Assembly (NCBI GenBank): GCA_951406725.2
Contig: OX597820.1
Location: 31,558,001-31,622,000 of the forward strand
Direction of reading: 5' to 3'
Length of the DNA stretch: 64,000 nt
Origin: Octopus vulgaris
Taxonomy: Eukaryota
The first letter of the stretch is position 1; every line of letters begins with the position of its first letter. Shown piece after piece: positions 25,191 to 39,038 of the stretch. The translations under genes and the position numbers were made by a program. The notes under the pieces were generated by a model that made no database searches, was not told the DNA's origin, and worked only from the letters and a program-made list of their open reading frames with translations.

Positions 25191-27335
25191 ACTCAAGAAG
25201 GCCCATCCTCCACAGCAGAAGTGTTAAGGCTGCTCCCCTTGGCGAAGAGGACTGGCCTGTACGAGACCTGTGCTGGTGCTATGTAAAAAGTACTTGTGCT
25301 GTTTCTATGTAAGAGTGCTTGTGCAGTGCCCCATGAAAGCACCCAGCACACTCTGTAAAGTGGTTGGTATTAGTAAGGGCACCCAGCTCCAGAAACCAAG
25401 CCAAATCAGAGTGCCAGCTCTGGTCAAACCACCCAACCCTTGCCAGCATGGAAAACGGATGTTAAATGATGATGATGATGAGTAGACTGGCAGTTTGCTG
25501 CTACTGGGATATAAAATGGGATGTCATCAACCCTGGTTGGGGGCAGGGTGGGATGGGGGCAACTGGGTGAGGAAGGTCTGATTTTGAAAGTCCTGAAAAC
25601 CCCACATGACCTCACAAACATCACTGTTGATGCCTCCCAGAGCATCTGTAAAATATATCTTGGAGCTATATGACTGGCTTTGTAGAGTTTCTATTTATGA
25701 AATTCACTCATCAAAACGCAGTGGTAGACCTGAGGCCACACAGAGCATATTTGCTCATAGTGTTGCATGGTTGGACTGAATCCAAAATTACATGGTTGAG
25801 AAATGCACCTATATAGATGTGCTGTAGATTATTCAGAGCCTTAGAAATAACATACTAATGCCTGAGCATCTAATAAAATATGTTATTCAGGTGTGGCTGT
25901 GTGGTAAGAAACTTACCTTCGAACCACATGGTTCTGGGTTCAGTCCCACTGTGTGGACCTTGGGCAAGTGTCTTCTGCTATAGCCTCAGGTCGGCCAAAA
26001 CCTTGTGAGTAGATTTGGTAGACAGAAACCGAAATAAGCGGTTCAGCAAAAGAGACCAATAAAATAAGTACTAAGCTTACAAAGAATGTCTTAGGGTCGA
26101 TTTGTTCGTCTAAAAGCTGTGCTCCAGCATGGCTGCAGTCAAATGACTGAAACAAATAAAAGAATAAGTAGGATTAACACAACTTTTTAGAACAGGTTTG
26201 TTCTTTTAATATTAATTTTGAAGTGTGTCAATAATTTTCTTTATTTGTCCAAGGAAATGAAATTTTTTTTGTATTTAATTGTATGGGAGTGTGGATAGTT
26301 ACTCTGGACAGGTTCTGATTCAAACAGTGGCAACTTGCTTGTGATGCGTCTATATTGTAATATAAATGTTGTAAAAAATGAGCATCTGATATATATATAT
26401 ATAGTACAAACAACAGATATAGAACTCAATATGTTGGGTAGAGTAGGTATCATGTCAATCATGATCAGCCGAAGGCATAAAATCAGAGCATAAGTTTCAC
26501 ACAAATTCATACTATAGGAATTTAGTTGCTTATTGCTACAAGGGAGATAATTCTGTTAAGCAGTCTTTCAGAAATAACTAAGAAGTATATACGGACGATA
26601 TTCTTGGGTACATATAAACTGTGGCGATAAATCTTTGTACACGTATCCATACCATTTCAGAAAAATGTGTATGTTCTTGAACAAAATGTTGTTGCTCTTG
26701 TTGTGTAAATCCTAGCTGGACCTGATAAAGGAGACCTGTCGTCCAGTTTTGATCGTCACATCTCTTATTGAAACAGTGTATATAGGATTACATTGTATTT
26801 TTCCATTTTTTAAATAGTAGAATGTGATTAGAGGGAGGTTTGGCTGCTATTCCTTGCAGGTAAGATAGGGAGTTTGTTCCTTCTAAAGTTGATTTTTTTT
26901 TCTATGGAGTTTGTGATTCAGTTATGGGTTCACCCTTTCGATGCTAAGCCACACTATTTAAATTAAACTTTTATGACATCATTTCTGTTGTTGGTGCTAT
27001 TGTAATTCTAACTGGGGCAACACTCTATAGACTTGCTGATAAGTGAGTTGAAATGTAGGGGTGAGGGTCAAGAGGACCTATTAGTCTGGTCCAGGGCGTC
27101 ACAACAATAGGCATGCATGCAGTGCACTCTGTAAATTGGTTGATGTTAGGAAGGACATCCAATTCTTGAAACCAGGTGAAATAAAATGAAACGTATGAGT
27201 GAGATTTGGTCCTTTGACCTGTCTAGGGTCCTAGTAATACCCTATTCCAGTCCATGCTAACATGGAACACGAACATTAAATGACGATGATAACAATGATG
27301 ATGATGATGGTGATATCTTCTTTGTTTCTTTGCAG

Positions 27336-27375
27336 ACGTCCAGACGTTGAAGTGAGTGGGGACGAAGTCACTGTG
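27336..27375 (+). CDS. EXOSC9: EXOSC9 40-nt exon (RPDVEVSGDEVTV)
   Basis: tttgcag| and |gtaaga; phase 2 to 0; matches RRP45 RRPDVSVQGDEVT. Confidence 0.93.
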
Positions 27376-27479
27376 GTAAGATTTGTTTTTTTTTACATCC
27401 ATGGTTCTGTGGTCAAGAATTTTGCTTCCCAACCACGTGGTTTGGAGTTCAGTCCTCACTGCGTGGCACCTTGGGTAAA

Positions 27480-28029
27480 CTTTGCAAGTGAATTATACAT
27501 GCAGGTTCAAGGTACAGCCATTGGTGTCGGTGTGGCTGGAGATGTGGCTTGTTTCTTCATGACCTGGTGGGACAGAAAACTTAATCAGTCCTTAGCTGAA
27601 CAATCCACAACTGTTTTGCTTTACTGTAGGTATGCAGATGACATTAAGATTCCAGTTAGAACAAGCCCTAGTAACTGTAATATAGAAACTGAGAGGAGCA
27701 TAATGGAGAGTATCCAGTACATAGCTAACTCTATCCACCAAAGCATCAAGGTAACTATAGATTACCCCACTAGGCACCCCAACAATAGACTCCCTGTCTT
27801 CTACTATTACATGGAACCCATAGCTTCTAAATATGTTGTTCACAAGAACTCAGCTTTTTCACACAACATGAAAATCGACATACTGATAGTAGACTTAGTT
27901 AGGATAATGAACAATGTGTTCCCCTGTGAGAATCCTATGGAACAAAGAAACATGTACAGAACTTCATGCATCACATGCAATTCTCTGGTTATGTCCAGAA
28001 AGATAGGGTTTGGGCAACCTCAATGTTAA
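27480..28029 (+). mobile_element. Penelope-like element reverse transcriptase fragment
   Basis: LYMQVQGTAIG...A..FM, YCRYADDI (RT catalytic motif), H.SIKVTIDY...LP and thumb-like SKYVVHKNSAF...K; internally deleted; interrupts a SINE head at about 27398-27476. Confidence 0.75.
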
Positions 28030-28904
28030 GATTGTTGAAAAGCCAGAGAGCTCCATCTGATCACAATTATGTAGGACGTACCCCTTTGAGGATACCACAT
28101 GACCAAAGATAACTGTATGGTATGTAATATTAACTGTAGAACTAGAAATGTAGTCTACAATATAAGGTGCATAGAGGATGCTTGTAAAGATCAGTACATG
28201 ACATACATGTGGTTGGGAAGCAAGATGGTCCTCAGCTATCAAAAAGAGAACTATGGGATATTTGCTTAACTGTGGATGTTACAAATACACTGTTACCATG
28301 GAGTTGCACATGAATTTATGTACACATTTTATGTATATATATATATGTGTATATATATATATATATATACACCTAAAAATATGTATGTAGATATACATAT
28401 ACATCGTCATCATTTAATGTCCTCTTTTCTAGGTAGGCATGAGTCAGCCAAATTTTTAGAGGCAGATTTTCTGTGGCCAGATGCCCTTCCTGCCACCAAA
28501 CCTCACCTGTCTCCAAGCAAATTAATATTCCCCCATGGTCATACATAGTTACGCAGAAGATTAGAAATGAAGGACACAACCAGCTTTGAACTATTGGATG
28601 ATGTCAAGACAAGGACACACACACACACACACACATACAATGGGCTTTCAATTTCCATTTTTCAAATCTAGGGTGATTGTAGGGGATGCTTGTTCTAAAG
28701 CGTTAAGCAGTGGGATAGAACCTGAAACCATGTGGTTGGAAAGTGAACATCTTAATCACAACTGCCATGTCTGCACCTGCACACACACACGCTTGTGTGT
28801 GTGCACGCATGTATGTTTGTATGTATATGTGTGTGTATATATATACATGTATGTGTATATATATATATATATGTGTGTGTGCATATATGTATATATGTAA
28901 ATGT

Positions 28905-28938
<34 letters not shown>

Positions 28939-28982
28939 GACTGTTTATATATATGTATATCTGTCTATCTATCTGTATATGC

Positions 28983-29014
<32 letters not shown>

Positions 29015-29072
29015 TCTCCAGCAATAAATGATGTACATATTTATGTTGATGTCTTTCTATATGTTTTCCCAG

Positions 29073-29155
29073 TATCCAGTTGAAGAGAGGGAACCAATTG
29101 CCCTCAGCCTCCATCACATGCCCATCTGTGTCTCGTTTGCTTTCTTTCAAGAAGG
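29073..29155 (+). CDS. EXOSC9: EXOSC9 exon (YPVEEREPIALSLHHMPICVSFAFFQEG)
   Basis: ttcccag| and |gtaagt; 83 nt, phase 0 to 2; HHMPICVSFAFFQ motif. Confidence 0.96.
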
Positions 29156-29339
29156 GTAAGTGATCTACAATACTTCTGCATGTATGTGTGTGTATGTGTG
29201 TCTGCGTGTGTGTGTTTACATGCCTGTATGAATCTGTGTTTTTGTGCATGTGTGTATCTGTGTGTATCCATGTATTTATATGTATGTCTGTTCGAGCATT
29301 TCTGTCTATATTTACGTTGTATTAATACATTACATATGA

Positions 29340-29412
<73 letters not shown>

Positions 29413-30294
29413 TATATATGTATATGGTGTACAAGAGTAGTAAGTGGAAATGCTTACATATATATATATATATATATTAAATATCTGTGTGTATACTTAT
29501 GAATTTATGTATATATATATAAAGACAGCAAGCTGGCAGAAACATTAGCATGCCGGGGCGAAATACTCAGCACTATTTTGTCTGCCTTTATGTTCTGGGT
29601 TCAAATTCTGCTGAGATTGACTTTGCCTTTTGTCCTTTTGGGGTTGATAAATTAAGTACCAGTTGCGTACAGGAGTTGATCTAATCAACTGTCCCCTTCC
29701 TCCAAAATTTTGGGCCTTGTGCCTAGAGTAGAAAAGAAAAGAATATATATATATATTTATATATATATATATATATAGTTGAAAAATATCGTTTTAGGTA
29801 TGAATATACCATTGACAATTATTGAAAAATGGAGGAGAAAACAATGTTGAATCAAAATTAGATTTAATACAAAATAGGATTAATGTATTAAATCTAATTT
29901 TGATTCAACATCTTTTCTCCTTCATTTTTCTATAATTGTTTATAGTATGTTTATACCTAAAATGGTATTTTTCAACTACTATTTTCATATTCTTATAACT
30001 TGCTTTGGCTGTTTTTTATAAATATGATGAATCTTTATTAGATTGAAATCATTCTTTCTCTCTTTTTGGACCTCTCAAAAAGTTTGAATTGTTCCCTTTT
30101 GAACTTGTTTTTTTCCCTATATATATATATAGGCACAGGAGTGGCTGTGTAGTAAGTAGCTTGCTTACCAACCACATGGTTCCGGGTTCAGTCCCACTGT
30201 GTGGAACCTTGGGCAAGTGTCTTCTACTTTAGCCTCGGGCCGACCAAAGCCTTGTGAGTGGATTTGCTAGACGGAAAGGGAAAGAAGCCTGTCG

Positions 30295-30327
<33 letters not shown>

Positions 30328-31444
30328 TTGCATTTGTGTGTCTGTGTTTGTCCCCCCCCCAACATCACTTGACAACCAATGCTGGTGTGTTTACGTCCCC
30401 GTCACTTAGCAGTTCAGCAAAAGAGACTGATAGTATAAGTACTAGGCTTAGAAAGAATAAGTCCTGGGGTTGATTTCCTCAACTGAAGGCGGTGCTCCAG
30501 CATGGCCACAGTCAAATGACAGAAATGAGCAAAAGAGTATATATATATATATATGTGTGTAGTCAATAAAATGTATATCAGAAAAGAAGCACAAACTGAG
30601 GAATAGAGCAGTTATTATTAAAACAAAAATTAAAATTTTGGACATAGAGTTACCAAAGGGATACATATGATAGTTGGTGTATATAATGTGTCAGTTCATG
30701 TTTATATGCATGTATGTGCATATTATGTCAGCAACAGGAATTACATGTGCATGCATATATGTATGTGTGTGTGTGCATGTTATCATTTTTATGTGTGTGT
30801 ATATATATATAATATATATGTGCCTGTGTATAAATGTGCTTCATGTGTATGTGTATACTTATGTATGTGTATATGCTTATATACATGTGTATACATTTGT
30901 GCATACTGTATACTCATCTATGAATGTATATCTGAATGCAAGGATATTTATATACTTGTGTGAGTATGTGTGTGTGCATGCATGTGTGTGTGCATGCATG
31001 TGTGTGTGTGTTACATCAGTACATTATGTATATGTACTTAATGTCTATGAACTGCTCTACTCCGGTGTTCTTTAAGTAATCCTTCACTTATGCTCGTCAT
31101 GAGTGTAACCCCTTTCCGCCAGCCCTAACGTCCCTCACTCTTCCTTATTCCCCCCACCGTCACCCCTCCCACTTATCACCTAATACAGTCATATTAAATA
31201 CCTATACAGAACACTCACACATACACACACTCTTATACTGAGAGACCCACAAAAACACACATATACAAACACGTATGCACACATAGACATGCACACACAC
31301 ACACATGCATTGACACAAACATACATAAACATTCACATACACATATCTCCTCTCTTCTCAGGACATTTCTCCATTAGATGCACACATACTAATACAAAGA
31401 CATACATACACACATGCATACACTAATACACATGCACACACAGT

Positions 31445-31487
<43 letters not shown>

Positions 31488-33935
31488 GTGTATGTATGTA
31501 TGTGTGTGTGTGTGTGTGTATGCAAAAGACTAGATGTACATATGCCTTCTCTCCCTTCAGGACAATTTCCTATTACCACCCCCACCTCCATCATATGACC
31601 AGGCAACAGCACGGTCCCCCTCCCTCTACCGTCTCCAATAAGTACAACAACAACAACAACATTCAGTGCCAAGTTACAGAATTGCTAATTCATTTTCCAG
31701 AATTTGTTATTCAAACTTCAACCTGGATTACACTAAGTGCAGGAAACTCCCAAAACGGTGGCGCCCTCCCTCCGTCCCTCTCTCCGCCAGCTTCTTCTTT
31801 GTCGGTTACTTCAAATAGAATGTCAAACCTTTGATGCTATTTACACCAGCAGCAGCAGTGGTACCACCACCACTACTAGCATTAATACCACGGTTTCGCT
31901 GTCTCCACTGCCATCGCCACCACCACCACTGCTGCTTCTGTTATCACCACTGCTTCACTGGTTCCTCTACTACCATCATTACCACCTCATCAACACCACC
32001 ATGCCACCATCATCATAACCACCACCACCACCACCACCACCACCTCATCAACACCATCGTCAACATCTCCACTACCACCGTCATCATCATCACAACCATC
32101 AACATCATCATCACCACCACCTCATCAGCATCACCACCACTACCGTCACCATCTTCACCATCATCATCATCATCACCACCACCACTGTCACCGTCATCAT
32201 CACTATCACCATCTCATCAACATCACCACCACAACAGTCACCATCATCATCACCACCACTGTCACCATCATCATTACCAACACCACCTCATCAACATCAC
32301 CACCACCACTGTCACCATCGTCACCACCAGCACCATCATCATCACCACCACTGTCACCATCATCACCAACACCACCATCATCATCACCACCACTGTCACC
32401 ATCATCATCACCACCACCACCACCACCATCATCAACATCACTACTATCACCATATCCTCTCTGCTACCATCACCACTTCATCAACACAACCACACCACCA
32501 TACCAGCACTGTCACTTCCACTGGCACCACATTACTACTATCACCACCACCAGCTCCGTCATTACTAATACTGTTTCCATTATTACTACTATCATCAACT
32601 GTATCCTACCCCTATTCTTAACACACCACCACTACTATTACCACCACTACCTTCACCACCACCACCACAGTCACTGCTACCACCACTTCCACTACTTTAC
32701 CAACGCCAGCGTCCAAAGTCATCACCGCATGGGTTCTCGAAGCCTGAGTCAGTTCATAGTTTGAGTTACTGTCCTCCAAGACAGCTCATGGACTACAGAT
32801 GCTTTCACTCATTCGTTACATTGTGGCAGTGGCTGGATACCCTACCTGTCACCAACCACTTTACAGAGTGTAATTTATCATGGCACCAGCATCAGAGAGG
32901 TTGTCATGTCATTAGCAAAACTAAAGAGTCCTCTTAACCCATCATTATCCCTGTTGTGTGGCATGCATGGTTGGTTGTCTATCTGTCTGTTTTTCAGTCT
33001 GTCCATACATCCATCTGCCTCCCTGCCTGTCAGTCTAGCTGTTTATCTATTTGTCTATCTATCTATGTATGTCTCTATCTGTCTGTCTGTCTGCACATAC
33101 ACAACACACACACACTACACCTCACACACATACATACTACATCATGTATACACACACTTATATTACATCATGCGTATATACAAAATGTCATGTATGCTTA
33201 CACACACACACTACTGCATCTCTAACATATACATACTACATCATGTATATGCACACACACTACATCTCTGACACATACACACTACATCATGTATATAAAA
33301 AACGATAAACATCACCCTTTTCAAGCCTAGCCAGGCTCATGGGCCCAGTTTCCCGGTTTCTGTGGCATATATGTTCCCCCCAGCTGGACGGGACCCCAGT
33401 CCATTGCAGCGTTACTCAAGAAACAGGAAGAGAGAGTGAGAGAAAGTTGTGGTAAAAGAGTAAACAGGGGTTGCCACCACCCCCTGCCAGTCTGGGAATT
33501 GAAACCGCGATCCTCCGACTGCAAGTCCGCTGCCCTAACCACTGGGCCATTGTGCCTCCACACATGTATATGCACACATATATATATTATATCATGCATA
33601 CTCACACAAAATGTCATGTATGCATACACACACACACACTACATCTCTGACACATACATACTACATCATGTATACACACACATGCATATATATTACATTA
33701 TACATACACACTCAAAATGTTACATATGCATACACACGCACACACTACATCTGACATGTGCTTACTACCTCATGTATACACACACAAAATGTCATATATG
33801 CATACACACACACACACACACACACAACATCATGCCACAACACTCACAAATACACCACGCACTCATCACTCACACACACGCACCACATGAAACACACAGT
33901 TATTGAATGGTCTCTGTTTCTATTTGACCCTGCAG

Positions 33936-34068
33936 CAAATACGTACTGGTCGATCCAACAGAGAAGGAAGAGAAAGTGATGGATGGTAAAATGGTGATTG
34001 GAATGAATAAATACCGAGAGATTTGTACTCTACAGATGGCAGGTGACATGCTGTTGATGCATGAACAG
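33936..34068 (+). CDS. EXOSC9: EXOSC9 exon (KYVLVDPTEKEEKVMDGKMVIGMNKYREICTLQMAGDMLLMHEQ)
   Basis: ctgcag| and |gtaagt; 133 nt, phase 2 to 0; LVDP..EE.VMDG...I.MNK.REICT motif. Confidence 0.96.
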
Positions 34069-34657
34069 GTAAGTGGGACTTGGAGGTACCAGGTTCAAGC
34101 CTTGTTCTGTACCTGACTTAACATATAAGTATTAAAGAAAATAAATTGCACAGAGTTGCCATCATCATTTTAATGTCCACTTTTCCATGGTTTGCATGGA
34201 TCACATGGAGTTTATTTGAAGCAGATTTCTCTACAGTTGGACGCCCTTCCTGTCATCAACCCTCACCTGTTTCTGAGTTAGGTAATAGTTTCCCATGACC
34301 AGACATGTTTTGATGGAAGATTGGAAATGAGGGACACTGCTTGTGTGACAGTGATGCTTGTTAACAACTGTCACGCAATGTCATGACAAGGAGAGAGAGA
34401 CAGAGAGAGAGAAGGGGGTTCTTTTCTCTCTTGCAAGTTCCATGGCAAAACTCACTAGTACTGGTAGCACAAGAAAGAAATCATGCAGTACACTCTGTAA
34501 AGTGGGTGGCATGAAGAAGGGCATCCAGCCATAGAAACCTTGCCAATGATGACATTGGAGCTCAATGCAGCCCTGCAGCTTGCGGGTTCCCTGTCAAATC
34601 ATCCTACTTAGGCCTGCATGGAAAGTGGACGTTAAATGTTGATGATTGTGATATATA

Positions 34658-35054
34658 CTAGCTGACCCTGTGCCGTCAAAAATGACGGCTAATTATAGTA
34701 TTTTATGTATAAATAAGGTACGAAATAAGGGACATTATAATCACAGATACAAACACTCACATACTTGCCTTGTACACACACACGTACACACATATACTCA
34801 CAGAGTTGAAACGCTGTTTGATTTTTCTTTTCAGCATTGCATGTTCACCATCCCACTCCCATTGCGCGCACACACACAGACACACACACACACAAACATT
34901 CACATGACTCCCTTCTACTCACGCAGAGTTGAAATGCTGTTTGATTTTGTTTTTCACTGTAGAACTTCCATCATCCCACAAGTTTGTCATCAGCCCTTCC
35001 TTTCTCATTCATGTGTTGTAACAGAGAAAAACACAAGAGTTTTATTGTAGTAGA
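34658..35054 (-). mobile_element. Non-autonomous Helitron-like element
   Basis: Minus strand begins TC and ends with hairpin GCCGTCA/TGACGGC 10 nt before CTAG; inserted between A and T; no TSD. Confidence 0.8.
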
Positions 35055-35380
35055 TACACACACACACACACACATCTGGTTTTCTTCCAGTTTCGATCTA
35101 CCAAATTCACTCACAAGAGTTTGGATGGCCTGGGGCTAAAGTAGAAGACACTTGCCCAAGGTGCCATACAGTGGTACTGAACTCAGACTCATGTAGTTGG
35201 GAAGCAAACTTACCACTCAGCTACACCTGTGCCATCTACATGAAAAGAAAAATAACCTTGCAGTTGAGCTATTCTTAAAATATTAAATACAAATAGCAGA
35301 AAAAAGGCTATCCAGAAAGAGCTTAGCTGTTACTAAGTGACTATTACCTAGTAGTTTGTACCATGCTTTTGCTAATTGTT

Positions 35381-35832
35381 TTAACCCTTTCATTACTGTA
35401 TTTATTTTGTGATGCTCTGTGTTTCTTTCAATTACTTTAACCCTTTAGTGTTTAAACCGGCCATATCAGGCCCAGATATTCCACATGTTTTATATTCAAA
35501 CTGGCAATATCTAGTCTCTCACACCTATCCTACAATGTCATTCTATAAATAAACAATCACATCATTAAAACCTCAAAGCTGTAAGGTAATGCATGATTAA
35601 TTCAAAACAATTTGAGTGAAAAAGTATTACATTTAACAGAGTAATCTGAACACTAAAGGGTTAAATATAACACAGAATTTAGTAAAATAACTTAGTTACC
35701 ATTAAGCTGGTGTTAGGAACATAAAGTGTGACTAAGGTTTGGTGGAAAACTTTAATTCAAAACTTATGAAAACAAAACATTTGTACTCAGAGCCAGAGCT
35801 CGTTTCAGTCGGGTTGGTAATGAAAGGGTTAA
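35381..35832. mobile_element. Nested TTAA-specific (piggyBac-like) MITEs; inner element 35437-35664
   Basis: Outer TTAA-ccctttcattac...gtaatgaaaggg-TTAA; inner TTAA-ccctttagtgtt...aacactaaaggg-TTAA; relatives of the inner family at about 2026-2252 and 43474-43915. Confidence 0.82.
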
Positions 35833-36401
35833 GAGCCTGTGTAATCATGTGAAAATGGAGATGATGTCTCAGATCTCAATTTTTATGGCAATTGGAGGAC
35901 TTTATACTCATTCTTCACACATATACATGCATATCAATTGATATTCTTTGTGCTTTTTAGTAAATTGTCATCTTCAGATCATTTCTTAGGTCGTTTACCA
36001 CAGTTGAAGGTATTAGGTTGGATATGGTATCATCATCATCATCATTGTTTAACGTCCGCTTTCCATGCTAGCATGGGTTGGGCGATTTGACTGAGAACTG
36101 GTGAACCAGATGGCTGCAACAGGCTCCAATTTGATCTAGCAGAGTTTCTACAGCTTGATACCCTTCCTAATGCCTATCACTCCGAGAGTGTAGTGGCTGT
36201 TTTTACGTGCCACTGGCACAGGCAATGGGCACGCTCAAATGGTGTTGTTTACGTGCCATCTGCACAGGAGCCAGTCCAGCAGCACTGGCAACACCCTCAC
36301 TCGAATGATTTTTTCATGTGTCACCGATACAAGTGCCAGTAAGGCAACACTGGTAATGATCACACTCAAATGGTGCTTTTACGTGCCACTGGTACGGAAG
36401 T

Positions 36402-36467
<66 letters not shown>

Positions 36468-36984
36468 GATATACACAACCGTATTCAGCTGAATAGATTA
36501 GAACAACATGAAGTGATGTATCTTCCTTAACGATAAAAGGTAAAATGGTGCCCAGAATTGTCTCCCTTCCCGAAGCTGGTTCGGAATTGCCAGGCTTGAT
36601 CACGCTAAGCGTTCAAGAGGTCACCAGAGTGGCATACATCTGGTCATTGAAGGTTTTAGCTAGATGTCTGATCCGTGTATATCACTGTGTGTTTATGTAT
36701 TTCACATGTGAGTGTATTTGTCATGGTTTCTTTGAGTCTATCTAAATAAATGTGTGTGTGTGTGACGTAGTGTATATACACACACAGGACGAGTTTCTTT
36801 CATTTCTCATCGTCAAGGCTTTAATCAACCTATACGCTGGATTCAATCCTCCACACTGTATAAGAGCAAGTATTGATATGTATTAATAATGTTAGGAAGA
36901 CGGTAGTGTCAGAAAACATCTATTCTTACCACTGTGTTTTCAGCCAGTAAAGGTATTTATTAAGTGTAAACTGTATCTTTCCAG

Positions 36985-37073
36985 ATTCTCCGCTGTTCCA
37001 ATATAGCCGTGGTCAAAGTTACAGAAATAACAGAGCTGATTCAGAAGGCTTTGGAAAACGATAAGCAGGCTAG
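36985..37073 (+). CDS. EXOSC9: EXOSC9 exon (ILRCSNIAVVKVTEITELIQKALENDKQAR)
   Basis: tttccag| and |gtaagg; 89 nt, phase 0 to 2; LRCS.IA.VKV.EITELI.KALEND. Confidence 0.96.
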
Positions 37074-37265
37074 GTAAGGGCGATAACTCTACACCAATCT
37101 TTTATGTTCGGCTAGAGTTATAATTCTTGATATTTATACTCTTTTAAATATAATTATAATAAAAGACAATTGCAACGTGGAAGATGTTTATAAGCCATTT
37201 AAGAAACACACAAAAACCGTTAGATTCACTTCAACTTTTGAATTTAATTCCGTGCTGCACGGAAT

Positions 37266-37316
37266 TTTGTCAGTGAACAGGTCGTGGTCTCAAAGCAACG
37301 AAAATATTTCGACAAA
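37266..37316 (+). ncRNA. Variant hammerhead motif with G3-C8 core (GUGAACA)
   Basis: UUUGUCA GUGAACA G GUCGU ggucucaaa GCAAC GAAA AUAU UU C GACAAA; stem I UUUGUC/GACAAA, palindromic stem III AAUAUU. Confidence 0.55.
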
Positions 37317-37574
37317 TTAAATTTAAATGTTGAAGTGAATCTAACGGTTTTTGTGTGTTTCTCAAATGGCTTATAAACACCTTCCACGCTGCAATTGTTT
37401 TCGTTATAGCACACGATCTCAGATCAGGTCACTTGCTATGCAAGTACATCTCCGTAATATAATAAAAGATTTCTAAAAAAAATATTCTAAAAAAAAAATC
37501 AATTTGAAATTCCTTGAGAATAAAAGTATTTTTAAAAATATTTAATATTTTTGTTATTAAAATTTTGCTTGCAG

Positions 37575-37730
37575 AGCTACTGGTGCCAAGTTTGGATTTG
37601 CAGAATCTATGGAACCTCAGAAGATTACAGCCATGAAGAAAAACCTTGCTGAAGTGAACATGGAGAATTTGAAGTCTTCCGAAGTGAATTTATTAGCAGA
37701 AAACATCTCTGATGATTCCAGCAGTGAATC
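37575..37730 (+). CDS. EXOSC9: EXOSC9 exon (ATGAKFGFAESMEPQKITAMKKNLAEVNMENLKSSEVNLLAENISDDSSSES)
   Basis: ttgcag| acceptor; KFGFAES..ITA motif; 3' end placed at the U12-type donor |GTATCTTT (156 nt, phase 2 to 2), which keeps the frame into the next exons. Confidence 0.88.
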
Positions 37731-39038
37731 GTATCTTTACAGAGCACATTTGTTGTTATTATTGTTGTTGTTTATTATCGGGTGTCGTGGCAGGTGGGGG
37801 TGAATGCAGCTTGGATTTGAGCAGTTCTAAGATCAAAGGCAATCTAACTGTGACCATCCTGTCTTTTTGCTTATCTAAGAATACATAATCCAATGTATTC
37901 TTAATTGTTGTTGTTACTGTTGGTTAGGCCCAGATCAGCTGTGGTCAAGCAAACTTGTGGTCAAAGGGAATCTATCTGGCAGGTGTCCTCTTTTGTGTGT
38001 GTATGTGTTTATGTGTCTGCGTAGTCTGATGTCTTGGTCTCAATTAATTTTGAAAATATTTTTTAGTCATTAGACTGTGGCCATGCTGGGGCACCACCTT
38101 GAAGAATTTTTAGTTGAATGCATCAACCCCAATCCTTATGTTTTTGAGTCTGGTACTTATTCTCTCGATCTCTTTTGCTGAACCACAAAGTTATGGAGAT
38201 GTAAACAAGCCAACACTGGTTGTCAAGTGATGGTCTCACACATACACGATGTGTTTCTTTCAGTTTCTTATTTCTTTACTATCCACAAGGGGCTAAACAC
38301 AGAGGGGACAAACAAAGACAGACAAATGGATTAAGTCGATTATATCAACCCCAGTGCGTAACTGGTACTCATTTAATCAACTCTGAAAGGATGAAAGGCA
38401 AAGTTGACCTCAGTCGAATTTGAACTCATAACGTAGCGGCAGACGAAATACTGCTAAGCATTTCACCCGGCGTGGTTCTGCCAGCTCACTGCCTTTCTTT
38501 CAGTTTCTGCCTACCGAATCCACTCACAAAGCTTTGGATGACCCGAGGTTATAGTAGAAGGCGTTTGTCCAAGGTGCTGCGCAGTGGGACTGAATCCAGA
38601 ATCATGTGGTCAGGAAGCAAACTCCTTAAGACCACACAGCCAAAGAATTTGTTGAAATAACTTTGTCATTATTAAGTTGGTGTTTGGAACATTTTGGAAC
38701 ACATATTAACAAGGAATTTTGATAGAATATCATTGAACCAGGGACAGTCTCTAGTGTATTGGTATAATGGTAGAATTGTGAAGAATTTAGTGAATAATGA
38801 TGTCATTATTAAGTTAGTGTCTGGAACATAAATTACACAGGAAATTTTTATGGAATGTTTCAAACTAGATTTCTTAGAAATAGAATTTATATCATAGAAT
38901 TCGTGGGGAGGGTCATAGGCAAGTTGCTGTCAAAATGGATAATTTAGCAGGATTGTTTTGAGGTAGATTTAGTTGTTACTTCTTTGTTTTGTTTTTTTTT
39001 TCTTTCTTCTATAATTGATTTCCTTAACAGATCAGCAG
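37731..39038 (+). other. U12-type (minor spliceosome) GT-AG intron
   Basis: 5' GTATCTTT (U12 consensus RTATCCTT); branch site TTCCTTAAC at 39020-39028; acceptors 8-14 nt after the branch A with no intervening polypyrimidine tract. Confidence 0.78.
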
